A stretch of DNA of 53,973 nt from the NCBI GenBank assembly GCA_017304555.1, contig JAFKKS010000164.1, forward strand, positions 1 to 53,973, written 5' to 3'. The position numbers and the translations under genes were made by a program. The notes beneath the pieces were generated by a model, which was not told the origin of the DNA, ran no database searches, and saw only the letters and a list, made by a program, of their open reading frames with translations. Numbering within the stretch: the stretch's first letter is position 1; the number at the start of each line of letters is the position of its first letter. The DNA comes from Hyphomicrobiales bacterium. GTDB taxonomy: Bacteria; Pseudomonadota; Alphaproteobacteria; Rhizobiales; Xanthobacteraceae. This document shows positions 9,075-18,510 of this stretch, one piece after another.

Positions 9075-10298
9075 ATGAGTCAGGACGCGTCGACGGCCCC
9101 GCTTCGTGCAGAAGAAGTTCGCGCAAATTTCAGTCTCGATCCCGCGATCAAGTATTTCAACAACGCGTCCTGTTCCCCGCCGCCGCTCGCGGTTATTGAC
9201 GCGATGAGCGACTACTATCGGTCGACACCGCTGAATTATCGCTCCGGCGTTACGCAACTCGAGTCGCGGATCACGGACAGGGTCGACGCCATTCGCGCGA
9301 ACCTCGCCGCTTTCCTGAACGCGAAGTCGCCCGCCGAGATCGTGTTCACCAAGAACACGTCCGAGGCCGTGAACATCGTTGCTAATGGACTGAACTGGAA
9401 GCCCGGCGACGAGGTCATCATCACGCCGCTGGAGCACCAGTCCAATTTGCTGCCCTGGATCCGGCTGGAATCGACGGCCGGCGTTTCGGTGAAATACGTC
9501 AAGCCCGCCGGGTCAGACGGCCTCATCGATCCCGCTGACGTCGCTCGTCTCATCACCTCGCGCACCCGTCTGATCTCGATGCATCACGTCTCCAACATGC
9601 TGGGATGCATCCAGGACATCGAGGCGGTTTGCGCCGTCGCGCACAAGCATGGCGTGTTGGTGATGGTCGACGCTGCGCAGTCGGAGGGACGAATTGAGGT
9701 CGATGTTCAAAAGCTGGGGTGCGACTTCGTCGTTTCGTGTGGGCGCAAGGCGCTTCTTGGGCCGCAAGGCATCGGCTTTCTCTGGGGGCGCGAAGAGCTT
9801 CTCAGCCAACTCAATCCACTTCTCGTCGGCGGCCAGTCGACCGACCTCATCGATGAGCACACATACGCGTTGAAGGCTCTGCCTTTCCGACACGAGTCCG
9901 GCATCATCAATACGGCCGGTGTCATAGGACTTGGAGCCGCTCTCGATTTTGCCGACACATTAGGACGGAACCGCGTTTCTCACCGCATTCAAGAGCTGGC
10001 GAATTACTTTCTCAACGGACTGTCCGGCATTCGAAAGGTCCGTCATTTCGGCGCGAGACCGGGGAATTATCCGCAGACGGGGATCATCTCATTCGTCGTC
10101 GATGGAATGTCCGCTCAGACCGTGTCTGAAAGACTCTACAAGGACGATGGGATCGTGACTGCCGGAGGCGTGCATGGGTCGCCGCTAGCAGCGAAGTTCC
10201 TCGGCGTAGAGGGTGTTACGCGCCTTTCAGTGCACTGCTTCAACACCGAGGATGAACTCGGCAGCGCCTTGCGTTCAATCGAAAGGCTGGCCGTTTAA
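9075..10298 (+). CDS. aminotransferase class V-fold PLP enzyme, second paralogue
   Basis: FTKNTSEAVN, LEHQSNLLPW, DAAQS, and lysine context SCGRKALLGPQGIGFLWG. I moved the start to ATG 9075 (GAGGAAGAG directly upstream); the ORF track starts at TTG 9060. Confidence 0.8.
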   Translation: MSQDASTAPLRAEEVRANFSLDPAIKYFNNASCSPPPLAVIDAMSDYYRSTPLNYRSGVTQLESRITDRVDAIRANLAAFLNAKSPAEIVFTKNTSEAVNIVANGLNWKPGDEVIITPLEHQSNLLPWIRLESTAGVSVKYVKPAGSDGLIDPADVARLITSRTRLISMHHVSNMLGCIQDIEAVCAVAHKHGVLVMVDAAQSEGRIEVDVQKLGCDFVVSCGRKALLGPQGIGFLWGREELLSQLNPLLVGGQSTDLIDEHTYALKALPFRHESGIINTAGVIGLGAALDFADTLGRNRVSHRIQELANYFLNGLSGIRKVRHFGARPGNYPQTGIISFVVDGMSAQTVSERLYKDDGIVTAGGVHGSPLAAKFLGVEGVTRLSVHCFNTEDELGSALRSIERLAV

Positions 10299-10305
10299 GC
10301 AGCCG

Positions 10306-10325
10306 AAGTGATCGGTCGATCACTT
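10306..10325 (+). terminator. weak stem-loop downstream of the aminotransferase gene
   Basis: AAGTGATC-GGTC-GATCACTT forms an 8-bp stem with a 4-nt loop, 8 nt after the stop codon. There is only a short T tail. Confidence 0.3.
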
Positions 10326-10371
10326 TCGCGATAGAAAACAGACGCGCTCGTTCGCCTCGATCGATGGCGCG

Positions 10372-12123
10372 TCAGCCGCCCCGATCGCCGTAGGCGCTCT
10401 GTCTGCGTGCGGCGTTGGCGTCAGCCGCCGCGCGCAGATGCTTCTTTAAGGCGGCGAGTTCGTCGTCGGACCAGTTCTGAACATCGGTGACCGCGACCCA
10501 GGCGTCGACATAATGCTCCGGTGCGAAGACATGGCCGTAGCCCATCGGGGTTGTCGTCGCCATCGCCATGTCCAGACCGATCTGCAAGGTGGTGACAATC
10601 GGATACCAACGGAACTCCGGTGAGACATCCGGCCCGCGCGGATCGAGCCAGGCCGGACGTTGGTAGAAACCGTGTGGATCGAAGAAAGTCACAGCGTCGC
10701 TGGCGTATTGCAGATAGACGATCCGCAGCGGCCCCCAGGGCGTTCCGCGTGGGACGCGTGAGCCATCTTGATTCATGAATCGCACGGCGCGGCTGTCACG
10801 ATACGTCGGCAGCCACGCCGGCGTGCCGGGTGCGCGACCATCCGTAAAGGCGCGCCACAGTCTGCTGCCGAACGGCGGGCCGCTCCAAAGCGCGCCGTTG
10901 ATCGGATCACCGATCATATCGAGAAGCTCCACCGATCTTTCCGAATTCATCGCGCCGAGGCTGAGCCCATGCAGATAAAGCCGCGGCCGCTGATCTTTCG
11001 GAAGCGTGGTCCAGTAATCGTAGACGGCGGAGAAGAGGGCACGTGCCGTTGCCGATCCATACTCGGGTTGGAGGAGCAGCGATAACGGGCTCGACATATA
11101 AGAGTATTGAACGGCGACACTTGCGACGTCGCCTTGGTGTAGATATTCGAGCGCATCCATTGCGGACGGATCGACCCAGCCGGTGCCTGTCGGCGTGATC
11201 ACAACCAGGACCGCACGCTGAAAGGCTTTGACGCGTTTCAACTCCGCCAGAGCCAATTCGGCCCGCGCTTTGACGCTCTCCGCTCCGCGCAAGCCGACAT
11301 AGACACGGATCGGTTCGCGTGCCGCCTTCTTGGTGAAAGCCGTGATTTCGGCCGCGCTCGGACCCGATGCGATGAACTCCCGCCCGGCCCGGCCGAGCTC
11401 GTCCCATTTGAGCAGCGACGCCACGCTTCCCGCCCTTGCCGGGTCCGTCGGCTGGGGACGCTCCGGCTCGATCAAGGCGTCGAGTTCGCGAAACGTCGAT
11501 TCGACGAACTGGAACGTCGTGCGCAAGAGAACGCCGCTGGCAAGCGACCAGAACAGGAAGATCGCGGCGGAATAGCCGATGACAATGGCAACCCGCCTTG
11601 GAACGAACCGGCTCGCTCGCGCCGACAGCGCACGCGCCGCATACGCGAACAAACGCGCCAGCAGGATCAAGACGGCAAAGGTGACGAGCGCGGCGGCGCA
11701 GACCGTGAACGGATGCGCGCTACTGACCGGCTCGAGCTGCATCAAGGCGCGAATGGAATTCTGCCATTCCGCCGCCCGCCAGAGATAGATGATGCAGATC
11801 ACGAGGCACAATGCGGCGAGCAGCAAGACGCCGGTACGCCGCCGGCGCTCCGCAATTCTCGGCAGCTCCAAATACGTCCAGAGCCAGTTTCCCAGCACAC
11901 CAAGACCGTATCCAGCGCCGAACGAGACGCCCGCCAAGACGCCCTGAGTCAAATAGGTGCGGGGAACAAGCGTCGGCGTCAGCGACGCCGCGAAGAAGAG
12001 CGTGCCGAGCGCCAGCCCAACGCCACATAGTTTACTAAATTGGAGGCGCAAGAGGCCGGCGGCGCTTGCCAAAACACTCGCCACGACAACCTCATGTGAC
12101 AATTTCTCTCGGAACGCGCACAT
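10372..12123 (-). CDS. membrane-anchored alpha/beta-hydrolase family protein
   Basis: The N-terminal half has several hydrophobic segments. The C-terminal half has the nucleophile elbow LHGLSLGA. This resembles the Abhydrolase_9-type membrane hydrolases (from memory). Confidence 0.65.
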   Translation of the reverse strand: MCAFREKLSHEVVVASVLASAAGLLRLQFSKLCGVGLALGTLFFAASLTPTLVPRTYLTQGVLAGVSFGAGYGLGVLGNWLWTYLELPRIAERRRRTGVLLLAALCLVICIIYLWRAAEWQNSIRALMQLEPVSSAHPFTVCAAALVTFAVLILLARLFAYAARALSARASRFVPRRVAIVIGYSAAIFLFWSLASGVLLRTTFQFVESTFRELDALIEPERPQPTDPARAGSVASLLKWDELGRAGREFIASGPSAAEITAFTKKAAREPIRVYVGLRGAESVKARAELALAELKRVKAFQRAVLVVITPTGTGWVDPSAMDALEYLHQGDVASVAVQYSYMSSPLSLLLQPEYGSATARALFSAVYDYWTTLPKDQRPRLYLHGLSLGAMNSERSVELLDMIGDPINGALWSGPPFGSRLWRAFTDGRAPGTPAWLPTYRDSRAVRFMNQDGSRVPRGTPWGPLRIVYLQYASDAVTFFDPHGFYQRPAWLDPRGPDVSPEFRWYPIVTTLQIGLDMAMATTTPMGYGHVFAPEHYVDAWVAVTDVQNWSDDELAALKKHLRAAADANAARRQSAYGDRGG

Positions 12124-12232
12124 CGCGCGCTCGCACTAAGTAATCACGCGGCACAACTCGGATGCAAGCCATGCCGCGACCACGCGCTCCCCATGCAGAG
12201 GAGCGCACGGGCTTATGCCGACAAGCGGGGGC

Positions 12233-13582
12233 TCACTTGGGAAGTGTATTCTTGTACGTCTTCCCGTCCTTCATGATCACCATGAAATTCTTGTCGGGAT
12301 CGGCGATGAGGTCGATGTTCTCCAACGGGTTTCCATCGACCAAGAGCAAGTCCGCAAACGCGCCCTGCTCCACAACGCCGAGCTTTCCGGGGTAGGGGCT
12401 GCGCTTTCCTGACAAGGTGAGGAGTTCGGCATTGGTCCCTGTCGCCATGACAAGCGCCTCGGCGGGCGTGTACCAGCGCGCAAGCGAGGCCAGAATGGCT
12501 CCCTGGCGCTTCGCGAGGGCATGCGAGAAAAGGATGTCGGTGCCCCAGGCCGTTTTCAGCTTGTACTTCTTCGCGAGTTCGTATGTCCGGCCGATCCCTG
12601 GCCAGACCTCGTCGGCCTTCTCTCGTTGAACGCTGCCGACAGGAAGGCCGGTGCGCATTTCCTCGGGAAGTGGCTGCGTGCTGAGCCAGATGCCTTTCTC
12701 CGCCATCAGACGGGCGGTCGCCTCATCCATCAGGAATCCATGCTCGATGCACTTCACACCGGCGGCGATCGAACGCTGTATCGCGGCCGACGTGAAGGCG
12801 TGAACGGTGACATATGTCCCCCAGTTTTCCGCGGCCTCGACGGCCGCGCGGAGTTCTTCCTCGGTGAACGTCATCACGTCGATCGGACTGAAGGGCGACG
12901 ACACGCCGCCGCCCGCCGTGAGCTTGATCTGCGACGCGCCTAGCATGAGCTGTTCGCGAACGCGCACGCGGACCTCGTCCGGGCTGTCGGCGACCATGCT
13001 GCCGCCGATACGCTCCATGCGGGAGAGCATGCCGCCGATCGTGCGAGGCAACTCGGTGCGCTGCCGGAAGTCGCCGTGGCCGCTTGTCACCGTGATCATC
13101 GCACCGGAGGGAAAAAAACGTGGTCCCGGAACGATTCCTTCGTCGATCGCCTGCTTGAGCCCGAAGGACGGCCCGCCGACGTCGCGCACGGTTGTAAAGC
13201 CGCGCATCAGCGTGTCGGTTGCTTCGGCGGCTGCGGCGATATTGTTGTAACCGAGATCGCCGTCGATGGCCTGCGCGGGATTGGGGCGGATCAGCATCGC
13301 ATGCCAATGAGCATCGATCAGGCCGGGCATCAGCGTCCGCCCGCCTCCTGCAATCACTTGTGTCCCGGACTCGGCGTTGATCGTTTCCGTCGAGATCCGT
13401 TCAATGATGTGGCCCTTCACGAGCACGTTGGAGGCAGGGGAAAGGGATCCGTTTTTGCCGTCGAAGATTCGGACGTTCTGGAAAAGCGTGGAGCCCGCCG
13501 GCGGCGGCGTTGTCTGCGCCTGCGCGACGGCCGTTGCCGAAAGGGCCAAGAGCACGGCTGTAGTGATTAATCGGGATGTCAT
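12233..13582 (-). CDS. periplasmic amidohydrolase-superfamily metallohydrolase
   Basis: I moved the start to ATG 13582 (GGAGGA upstream), which gives the signal peptide MTSRLITTAVLLALSATAVAQA. Metal-binding LIDAHWH, then VHAF, CIEHG and WGTD. Confidence 0.8.
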   Translation of the reverse strand: MTSRLITTAVLLALSATAVAQAQTTPPPAGSTLFQNVRIFDGKNGSLSPASNVLVKGHIIERISTETINAESGTQVIAGGGRTLMPGLIDAHWHAMLIRPNPAQAIDGDLGYNNIAAAAEATDTLMRGFTTVRDVGGPSFGLKQAIDEGIVPGPRFFPSGAMITVTSGHGDFRQRTELPRTIGGMLSRMERIGGSMVADSPDEVRVRVREQLMLGASQIKLTAGGGVSSPFSPIDVMTFTEEELRAAVEAAENWGTYVTVHAFTSAAIQRSIAAGVKCIEHGFLMDEATARLMAEKGIWLSTQPLPEEMRTGLPVGSVQREKADEVWPGIGRTYELAKKYKLKTAWGTDILFSHALAKRQGAILASLARWYTPAEALVMATGTNAELLTLSGKRSPYPGKLGVVEQGAFADLLLVDGNPLENIDLIADPDKNFMVIMKDGKTYKNTLPK

Positions 13583-13809
13583 GGATGCTCCTCCACAGGT
13601 TCGTCGCATCGACAAGCTCTCGCAGCAACGGGCAATGCGCTGCGCGGTTTGCTCCCCGCCATCAGGCCAACGCGCGCTCATGTCGCGTCACGGATGCGCG
13701 TCGTTCTCGGCCAGATCGACGGAATAAAAATACAAATGGAACCGTACGGCACGACACCGACCTCGCCGCCGCGCCGCACGAAATTTTTCGCTGAGATCCG
13801 CGCTTCAGA

Positions 13810-14292
13810 TCATCGACGACTATCGCTTCCGGGCCGTCCACCGCCTCCGCCGGGCCGGCTCGGCCGTCCGCCACCTCCGCCAGGCCGGCCAGCGTGAGGA
13901 GGCCTACCAGCACTCGGTGGCCTGCCGGCGTGGGGCGGGCGTCCGGCATGGGGCGGCCTGCCAGCATGCGGCGGGCGGCCGGCGTGGGGAGGCCTCACTC
14001 CTGGCCGCCGCGGGGGATGCCATCCATGCCAGCCGGAGCCGCCGCCCCAGCCGAACCCGCGCCGCATCCGATAACCGCACCAGTACCAGCCTGGGCCGCG
14101 CCATCCGTCGAAGTACCAGCAATATTGCCGACCGCGCCAGAAGCGCGCTTGAACATCGACAATGTTGCCGACGTCGCCGGCCGCGTTCCGAATGGCATCG
14201 GGCGAGATAGGGACTGTCGCCTTCGCGGGGGTGGCTAGAAAGAGAGTTCCGAGAATCAGAGGCAAGGCGGCTCGTATCTTGAGACCAGTCAT
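13810..14292 (-). CDS. secreted Trp/Gly/Cys-rich protein with C-terminal RPPHAG and RPGGGGG repeats
   Basis: A strong AAGGAGGA Shine-Dalgarno precedes ATG 14292. Signal peptide MTGLKIRAALPLILGTLFLATPAKA. The core is CWYFDGWRGPGWYWCGY and GFGWGGGSGWHGWH, followed by the repeats. I cannot name a family with confidence. Confidence 0.7.
   Translation of the reverse strand: MTGLKIRAALPLILGTLFLATPAKATVPISPDAIRNAAGDVGNIVDVQARFWRGRQYCWYFDGWRGPGWYWCGYRMRRGFGWGGGSGWHGWHPPRRPGVRPPHAGRPPHAGRPPHAGRPPHAGRPPSAGRPPHAGRPGGGGGRPSRPGGGGGRPGSDSRR
13828..13995 (-). repeat. in-frame coding tandem repeats: 6 x 18 nt (RPPHAG) then 2 x 30 nt (RPGGGGGRPS/G)
   Basis: The hexapeptide units occupy 13888-13995 and the decapeptide units 13828-13887. 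The units differ mostly at synonymous positions (AGG/CGC for Arg, CCT/CCG/CCC/CCA for Pro). Confidence 0.85.
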
Positions 14293-14418
14293 CTGTTCCT
14301 CCTTCAGTGCACCAACGTTACGAACGAAGTTGTCTGGACTGCTTTCACTCCACGGGTGTCTTTCTCCGGCGACGCATCACGTATCGCTGTGGCCTTCTCC
14401 TATGCGAAGTACAAAATT

Positions 14419-15462
14419 TCAGCCCTGTGAGACCCACACGTCGCCGGGGCAATGGCCTTCCGCCAACGGGTCATCCGGATCGATGAAAACATTGTAGAGG
14501 CCGGTGACCCAAGCTCTTCCGGAGATCTCTGGATAGATCGCGGGCAGGCCGCCAACGGTCGTCTCGCCGAGAATCCGGCCGCGATAATTGGTTCCGAAGA
14601 TCGAGTGGTGGATGACGGCCTCCCCGACATCCAGAACGCCGTCCTGCAGCAGAAGTGCCATGCGCGCGGAGACGCCGGTTCCACAGGGCGAGCGATCCAA
14701 CCTACCATTTCCGATCACCGTGGCGCTCACCGTTTCCAACGCTCCGGAGGCGCCCCGCTTCATCTTGCCTGCAATGATGACATTTGCAACGCGCCTGATC
14801 TTCGGATTCTCCGGATGAACCGCATCGATCGTGCGATTGACGGCATCCCGTATCGAGACGCCGGCGGTCGCAAGGTCTCTTGCCGATTGGGCATTGAGTT
14901 TGAGGCCCAAAGCCTCCGCATCCACGATAGCATAGAATATCCCGCCGTAGGCGACCGTGACGCTAAGGGTGCCGTAACCTTCGACGTCGACGGAAACGTT
15001 TTTCTCCAGGACAAAGGACGGCAACATGCGAAGCGTGACGCGCTCGACTTTCCCGTCATGGCAGGTGCACCGCGCCTCGATGAGTCCGCCCGGAGACTCG
15101 AGGACCAGCTTCGTCTCCGGCTCGATCATGGGGCGAATGCCCGTCTCGAGAATGACCGTCGCAACACACATGGTGTTGGAGCCGGACATCGCCGGATATT
15201 TCGTCGCCTCCATGATGACGAAGGCCATGTCCGCGTTCGGATTTGCGGTCGGCAGGAGAACGTTGACGGCCTGACAAAGCGAGCCGCGCGGCTCGAACAG
15301 GATCGCCCGCCGCAAGCTGTCGTTCGAATCCCGCAAGTATTCCATCTTCTCGAACGCGGTGCGGCCGGGCACATCGATGATGCCGCCGACGAGCACGTTG
15401 CCGACTTCGCCTTCCGCGTGCGCCGTGACGAGCGATACCGTTTGCTTGACCCTCATATTCAA
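14419..15462 (-). CDS. proline racemase superfamily protein, Ser/Cys active-site variant
   Basis: It aligns by eye along its length with the paralogue at 21352-22353. The second catalytic motif LDRSPCGTG is present. The first motif reads PAMSGSNT where the paralogue has VPMCGHGT. The start may be ATG 15456. Confidence 0.85.
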   Translation of the reverse strand: MNMRVKQTVSLVTAHAEGEVGNVLVGGIIDVPGRTAFEKMEYLRDSNDSLRRAILFEPRGSLCQAVNVLLPTANPNADMAFVIMEATKYPAMSGSNTMCVATVILETGIRPMIEPETKLVLESPGGLIEARCTCHDGKVERVTLRMLPSFVLEKNVSVDVEGYGTLSVTVAYGGIFYAIVDAEALGLKLNAQSARDLATAGVSIRDAVNRTIDAVHPENPKIRRVANVIIAGKMKRGASGALETVSATVIGNGRLDRSPCGTGVSARMALLLQDGVLDVGEAVIHHSIFGTNYRGRILGETTVGGLPAIYPEISGRAWVTGLYNVFIDPDDPLAEGHCPGDVWVSQG

Positions 15463-15517
15463 AACCTTGTCGCAAGAATGCGCGTAGCGAAGTGCGACCT
15501 GGGCAGCGCGAGATGCC

Positions 15518-16843
15518 CTAGCTCAGCGCGCGGTCGATCCTGTCTTGGATTCCTTTCCAGCCGACCATGATGGCCATGCTTGGCGGATAAAGAAAATGAA
15601 ACGGGATCGGCTCGAGCGCGGACACCGGCAGCACCAGATCCTGCGGGGCGGTCCCCTGCACCCGTTCGGCCAACACTTTTCCCAGCGCCGTCGACAACGC
15701 GATTCCGCGTCCGTTGCATCCCAGCGCCATAAGCAGATTGGGTTGCGGCTCGTAGAGATGCGGCAGCTTGTCGGTCGTCACGGCAAAAAGGCCGCTCCAA
15801 AAATAATCCCACTGCAACGCGCCGAAGTGCCCGAAGAGATCACGCCCGGCGCGATGAATGCTGTCGCGGATGGCGGTCGTTTCCGGCCCGCTGCTCGCCG
15901 TCGTGCCGCCCATCATGAGCCGGCCGTCGGGCGTGATCCGGAACGATGCGAGAAGGCGGCGCCAATCCGACACAGGCTGCCGGCCGGGGAGAATCTTCGA
16001 CAGCATCTCGTCGTTCAGCGGCTTCGTCGCGACCTCGCCGAGCCGAACGGCGGCGATCGTTTTACGCAGGCCCGGCACCAGGTCTCCGCAATAGGCGCCC
16101 GTCGCCACGATCACATGGTCGGCGGTGAATAAAGCATCCGGCGTGGCGACGTTCCAGAGGTTGCCGTTCCGCGTGAGCGTCTTCGCCGGCGTGGATGTGA
16201 AAATCGTCGCGCCCACATCGAGGGCCGCCTTGGCCAACCCGCGGCAATAAGCGAGCGGGTTGATCGACCCTGCCCGCCTGTCGATCCAGGCGCCGACATA
16301 TTTCGGTGTTCCGAGAATCTCGGGCAGCTTCGCGCGGTCGAGCATTTCGACCGGTGCGCCGCGTTCCTGCCACTGCCGGCAGCGCGACTCGATGATCTTG
16401 AGGCTCGCCTTGGTATAGGCCGGTTGAATCCAACCGTTGCGGACCGGGCTGCAATCGATATCGAACTGCCGGATAAGATCGAACACCAGGTCCGGCGCGG
16501 CCCCGGCCCACTCAACGATGCGCTTGCCGCGCTCCTGACCGAGAACGCGCAGCACGTCCTCCGGATCGATTTTCAGCCCGGGAATAACCTGCCCGCCGTT
16601 TCGCCCCGACGCACCCCAACCCGACTCGGCCGCTTCGATCACGGCGATCTTGACGCGGGCCTGAGCCAGATGGATCGCGGCCGATAAACCCGTATATCCG
16701 GCGCCGATGATTACGACATCGACCCGCGCGTCCTCGACCGCGCGTGCCGTCGGAGGCGCAGGAGGCGAGATCTGCGCCCAGAGGGATCGCGGCAACGAAG
16801 CGGGCTGCCGCCGCTCCTCATCCCACGGATCATTCTCGCCCAT
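15518..16843 (-). CDS. FAD-dependent oxidoreductase (DAO family)
   Basis: Dinucleotide-binding VDVVIIGAGYTGLSAAIHLA followed by GASGRNGG. Size and layout fit D-amino-acid or gamma-glutamylamine oxidase-like flavoproteins. Confidence 0.85.
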   Translation of the reverse strand: MGENDPWDEERRQPASLPRSLWAQISPPAPPTARAVEDARVDVVIIGAGYTGLSAAIHLAQARVKIAVIEAAESGWGASGRNGGQVIPGLKIDPEDVLRVLGQERGKRIVEWAGAAPDLVFDLIRQFDIDCSPVRNGWIQPAYTKASLKIIESRCRQWQERGAPVEMLDRAKLPEILGTPKYVGAWIDRRAGSINPLAYCRGLAKAALDVGATIFTSTPAKTLTRNGNLWNVATPDALFTADHVIVATGAYCGDLVPGLRKTIAAVRLGEVATKPLNDEMLSKILPGRQPVSDWRRLLASFRITPDGRLMMGGTTASSGPETTAIRDSIHRAGRDLFGHFGALQWDYFWSGLFAVTTDKLPHLYEPQPNLLMALGCNGRGIALSTALGKVLAERVQGTAPQDLVLPVSALEPIPFHFLYPPSMAIMVGWKGIQDRIDRALS

Positions 16844-17693
16844 GGTCGATGTCCACGAAGCTGAGACGAGCTCCGCATGCCTGGTTCGGATCGACGACGA
16901 ACGCCCCGCCGTCGAGATGGAAGCCCACTCCGTTTTCCTTCAGCACCGACTGGAGCGTGTCGAAGTTGCGAACATTGATCTCCAGCGAGGCCATATAGTT
17001 CGTGCCGCGCTTCGGCTGGTCGATGCGACGCTCTTCCGCCGTCGCAGGCGTGATCAGCTCAACCGGCGCGCCGATAGGGAAGCGAAGCCAGACGGCGTCT
17101 CCGCTGCGCGACACGATGCCTTTGCCGAAGAGAGTTTCATACTTCGTCTGAGCATTGCCGAGATCGTCGACGACCCCGACGATCTTCCCCGCGGACACGG
17201 CCGTGTTGGGATGGTCGAGCCAGCCCGGCTGGCGGAGTTCGTCAAAGGTCAGGTGCTGGCAAAAATTGGCATGGAAGAATCCGGGATGGTCTTCCGGATG
17301 CAGCATGACGTTGCGAAAGCGCGGGTTGATGGCGTTGCCGTTGGGAAGTTCCAGACGCCGCTGGAGGCCCCGCGGCTCCATCGCCGCGACGCCCGCCTCC
17401 TGCAAAGCCCGATAACGCTCGTCCGCCGACGGCGTCCCGAACGCGACGCCGATCAAACCTTCTCCGTCAGCGAGGAATTCCTCCAGCCCAGCCAGATAGC
17501 GGCTGCGATCCGCGATGCCGCGGATCTCGAGATAATCGCGCGCGAACATGATGCAGATGTTGCCGGTGCCCCATTCCTGGTGCTTGCCGATCGGAGGCAC
17601 CACGAAGCCAAGTTTTCGAAACGCATCACCGGCGACGTTCAGATCGTTCACCGCAAATACGGGGTGATCGACGCATTCAAACTTTGCAGACAT
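16830..17693 (-). CDS. VOC (glyoxalase/bleomycin-resistance/dioxygenase) family protein, two-domain
   Basis: Two VOC-like halves (VDHPVFAVNDL... and LDHPNTAVSAGKIVGVV...). I moved the start to ATG 17693. The 3' end overlaps the downstream DAO gene by 14 nt. Confidence 0.7.
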   Translation of the reverse strand: MSAKFECVDHPVFAVNDLNVAGDAFRKLGFVVPPIGKHQEWGTGNICIMFARDYLEIRGIADRSRYLAGLEEFLADGEGLIGVAFGTPSADERYRALQEAGVAAMEPRGLQRRLELPNGNAINPRFRNVMLHPEDHPGFFHANFCQHLTFDELRQPGWLDHPNTAVSAGKIVGVVDDLGNAQTKYETLFGKGIVSRSGDAVWLRFPIGAPVELITPATAEERRIDQPKRGTNYMASLEINVRNFDTLQSVLKENGVGFHLDGGAFVVDPNQACGARLSFVDIDHGRE

Positions 17694-17749
17694 CTCGCGG
17701 CTTCCATTGATTAAAGAGACACCGAATCTATCGGCAAGCGTCACACGCG

Positions 17750-18487
17750 CTATTTGAGAATCTTGCCGAGGAAATCGCGCGCGCGTTCGGTTTGCGGATT
17801 CGTGAAGAAGGCTTCAGGCGGAGCCTCCTCGACAATCTGCCCGGTATCCATGAAGACCACGCGATGGGCGACGCGGCGGGCGAATCCCATCTCGTGGGTC
17901 ACGACGAGCATCGTCATCCCGTCGCGCGCGAGCTGCGTCATGACCTCCAGCACCTCGTTGACCATCTCCGGGTCCAGCGCCGAAGTGGGCTCGTCGAACA
18001 GAATCGCCTTCGGGCGCATGGCGAGCGCCCGCGCAATGGCCGCCCTCTGCTGTTGGCCGCCTGAGAGTTGCGCCGGGTATTTTTCCGCTTGATCGCCGAT
18101 GCCCACGCGGACCAAAAGGTCACGCGCCTGCTGATGCGCCTCCGCCTTGGGCTGTCTGCGCACCTTCATCGGCCCGAGCGCAACGTTGTCGAGAATGTTG
18201 AGGTGGGAGAAAAGATTGAATTGCTGAAAAACCATCGCAACTTCAGAGCGCAGCTTCGCAAGTTCCCGCCCCTCGGCGGGAAGAGGCTCGCCGTTCACGA
18301 AGATCGTGCCGTTGTCGATCGTCTCCAGCCGATTGATGGTTCTGCACATCGTCGACTTACCCGAACCGGATGGCCCGGCAACGACAACCACCTCCCCCGC
18401 TTTCACGCTGAGATTGATGTCACGCAGAGCATGCAGCCCGCCGAACCACTTATTGACCTTGTCCAGCACGATGAGCGAATCCGGCAT
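17750..18487 (-). CDS. amino-acid ABC transporter ATP-binding protein
   Basis: [41 protein letters not shown] moved the start to ATG 18487 (AAGGAG 8 nt upstream); the ORF track starts at TTG 18514. Confidence 0.9.
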   Translation of the reverse strand: MPDSLIVLDKVNKWFGGLHALRDINLSVKAGEVVVVAGPSGSGKSTMCRTINRLETIDNGTIFVNGEPLPAEGRELAKLRSEVAMVFQQFNLFSHLNILDNVALGPMKVRRQPKAEAHQQARDLLVRVGIGDQAEKYPAQLSGGQQQRAAIARALAMRPKAILFDEPTSALDPEMVNEVLEVMTQLARDGMTMLVVTHEMGFARRVAHRVVFMDTGQIVEEAPPEAFFTNPQTERARDFLGKILK

Positions 18488-18510
18488 GACCTGGGCTCCT
18501 TGTGTATCGG

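Noticed and set aside
13828-13995. Regular 18-nt periodic repeats, considered as a possible CRISPR array or VNTR
   Set aside because: The units are contiguous with no spacers, are in frame within a gene that has a signal peptide and Shine-Dalgarno, and diverge at synonymous sites. They are a coding peptide repeat. The plus-strand Pro-rich ORFs 13649-13897, 13894-14238 and 13917-14210 are mirror-frame artefacts of it.
15322-15331. GTTCGAATCC, identical to the tRNA T-loop consensus
   Set aside because: The flanking bases (TGTCG / CGCAA) cannot form a T-stem, and no acceptor or anticodon arms are evident. It lies inside the PRS coding sequence, so it is not a tRNA.
16707-17714. 335-codon plus-strand ORF
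   Set aside because: It is antisense to the VOC-family gene and to the start of the DAO gene, and has no motifs. It is a shadow ORF.
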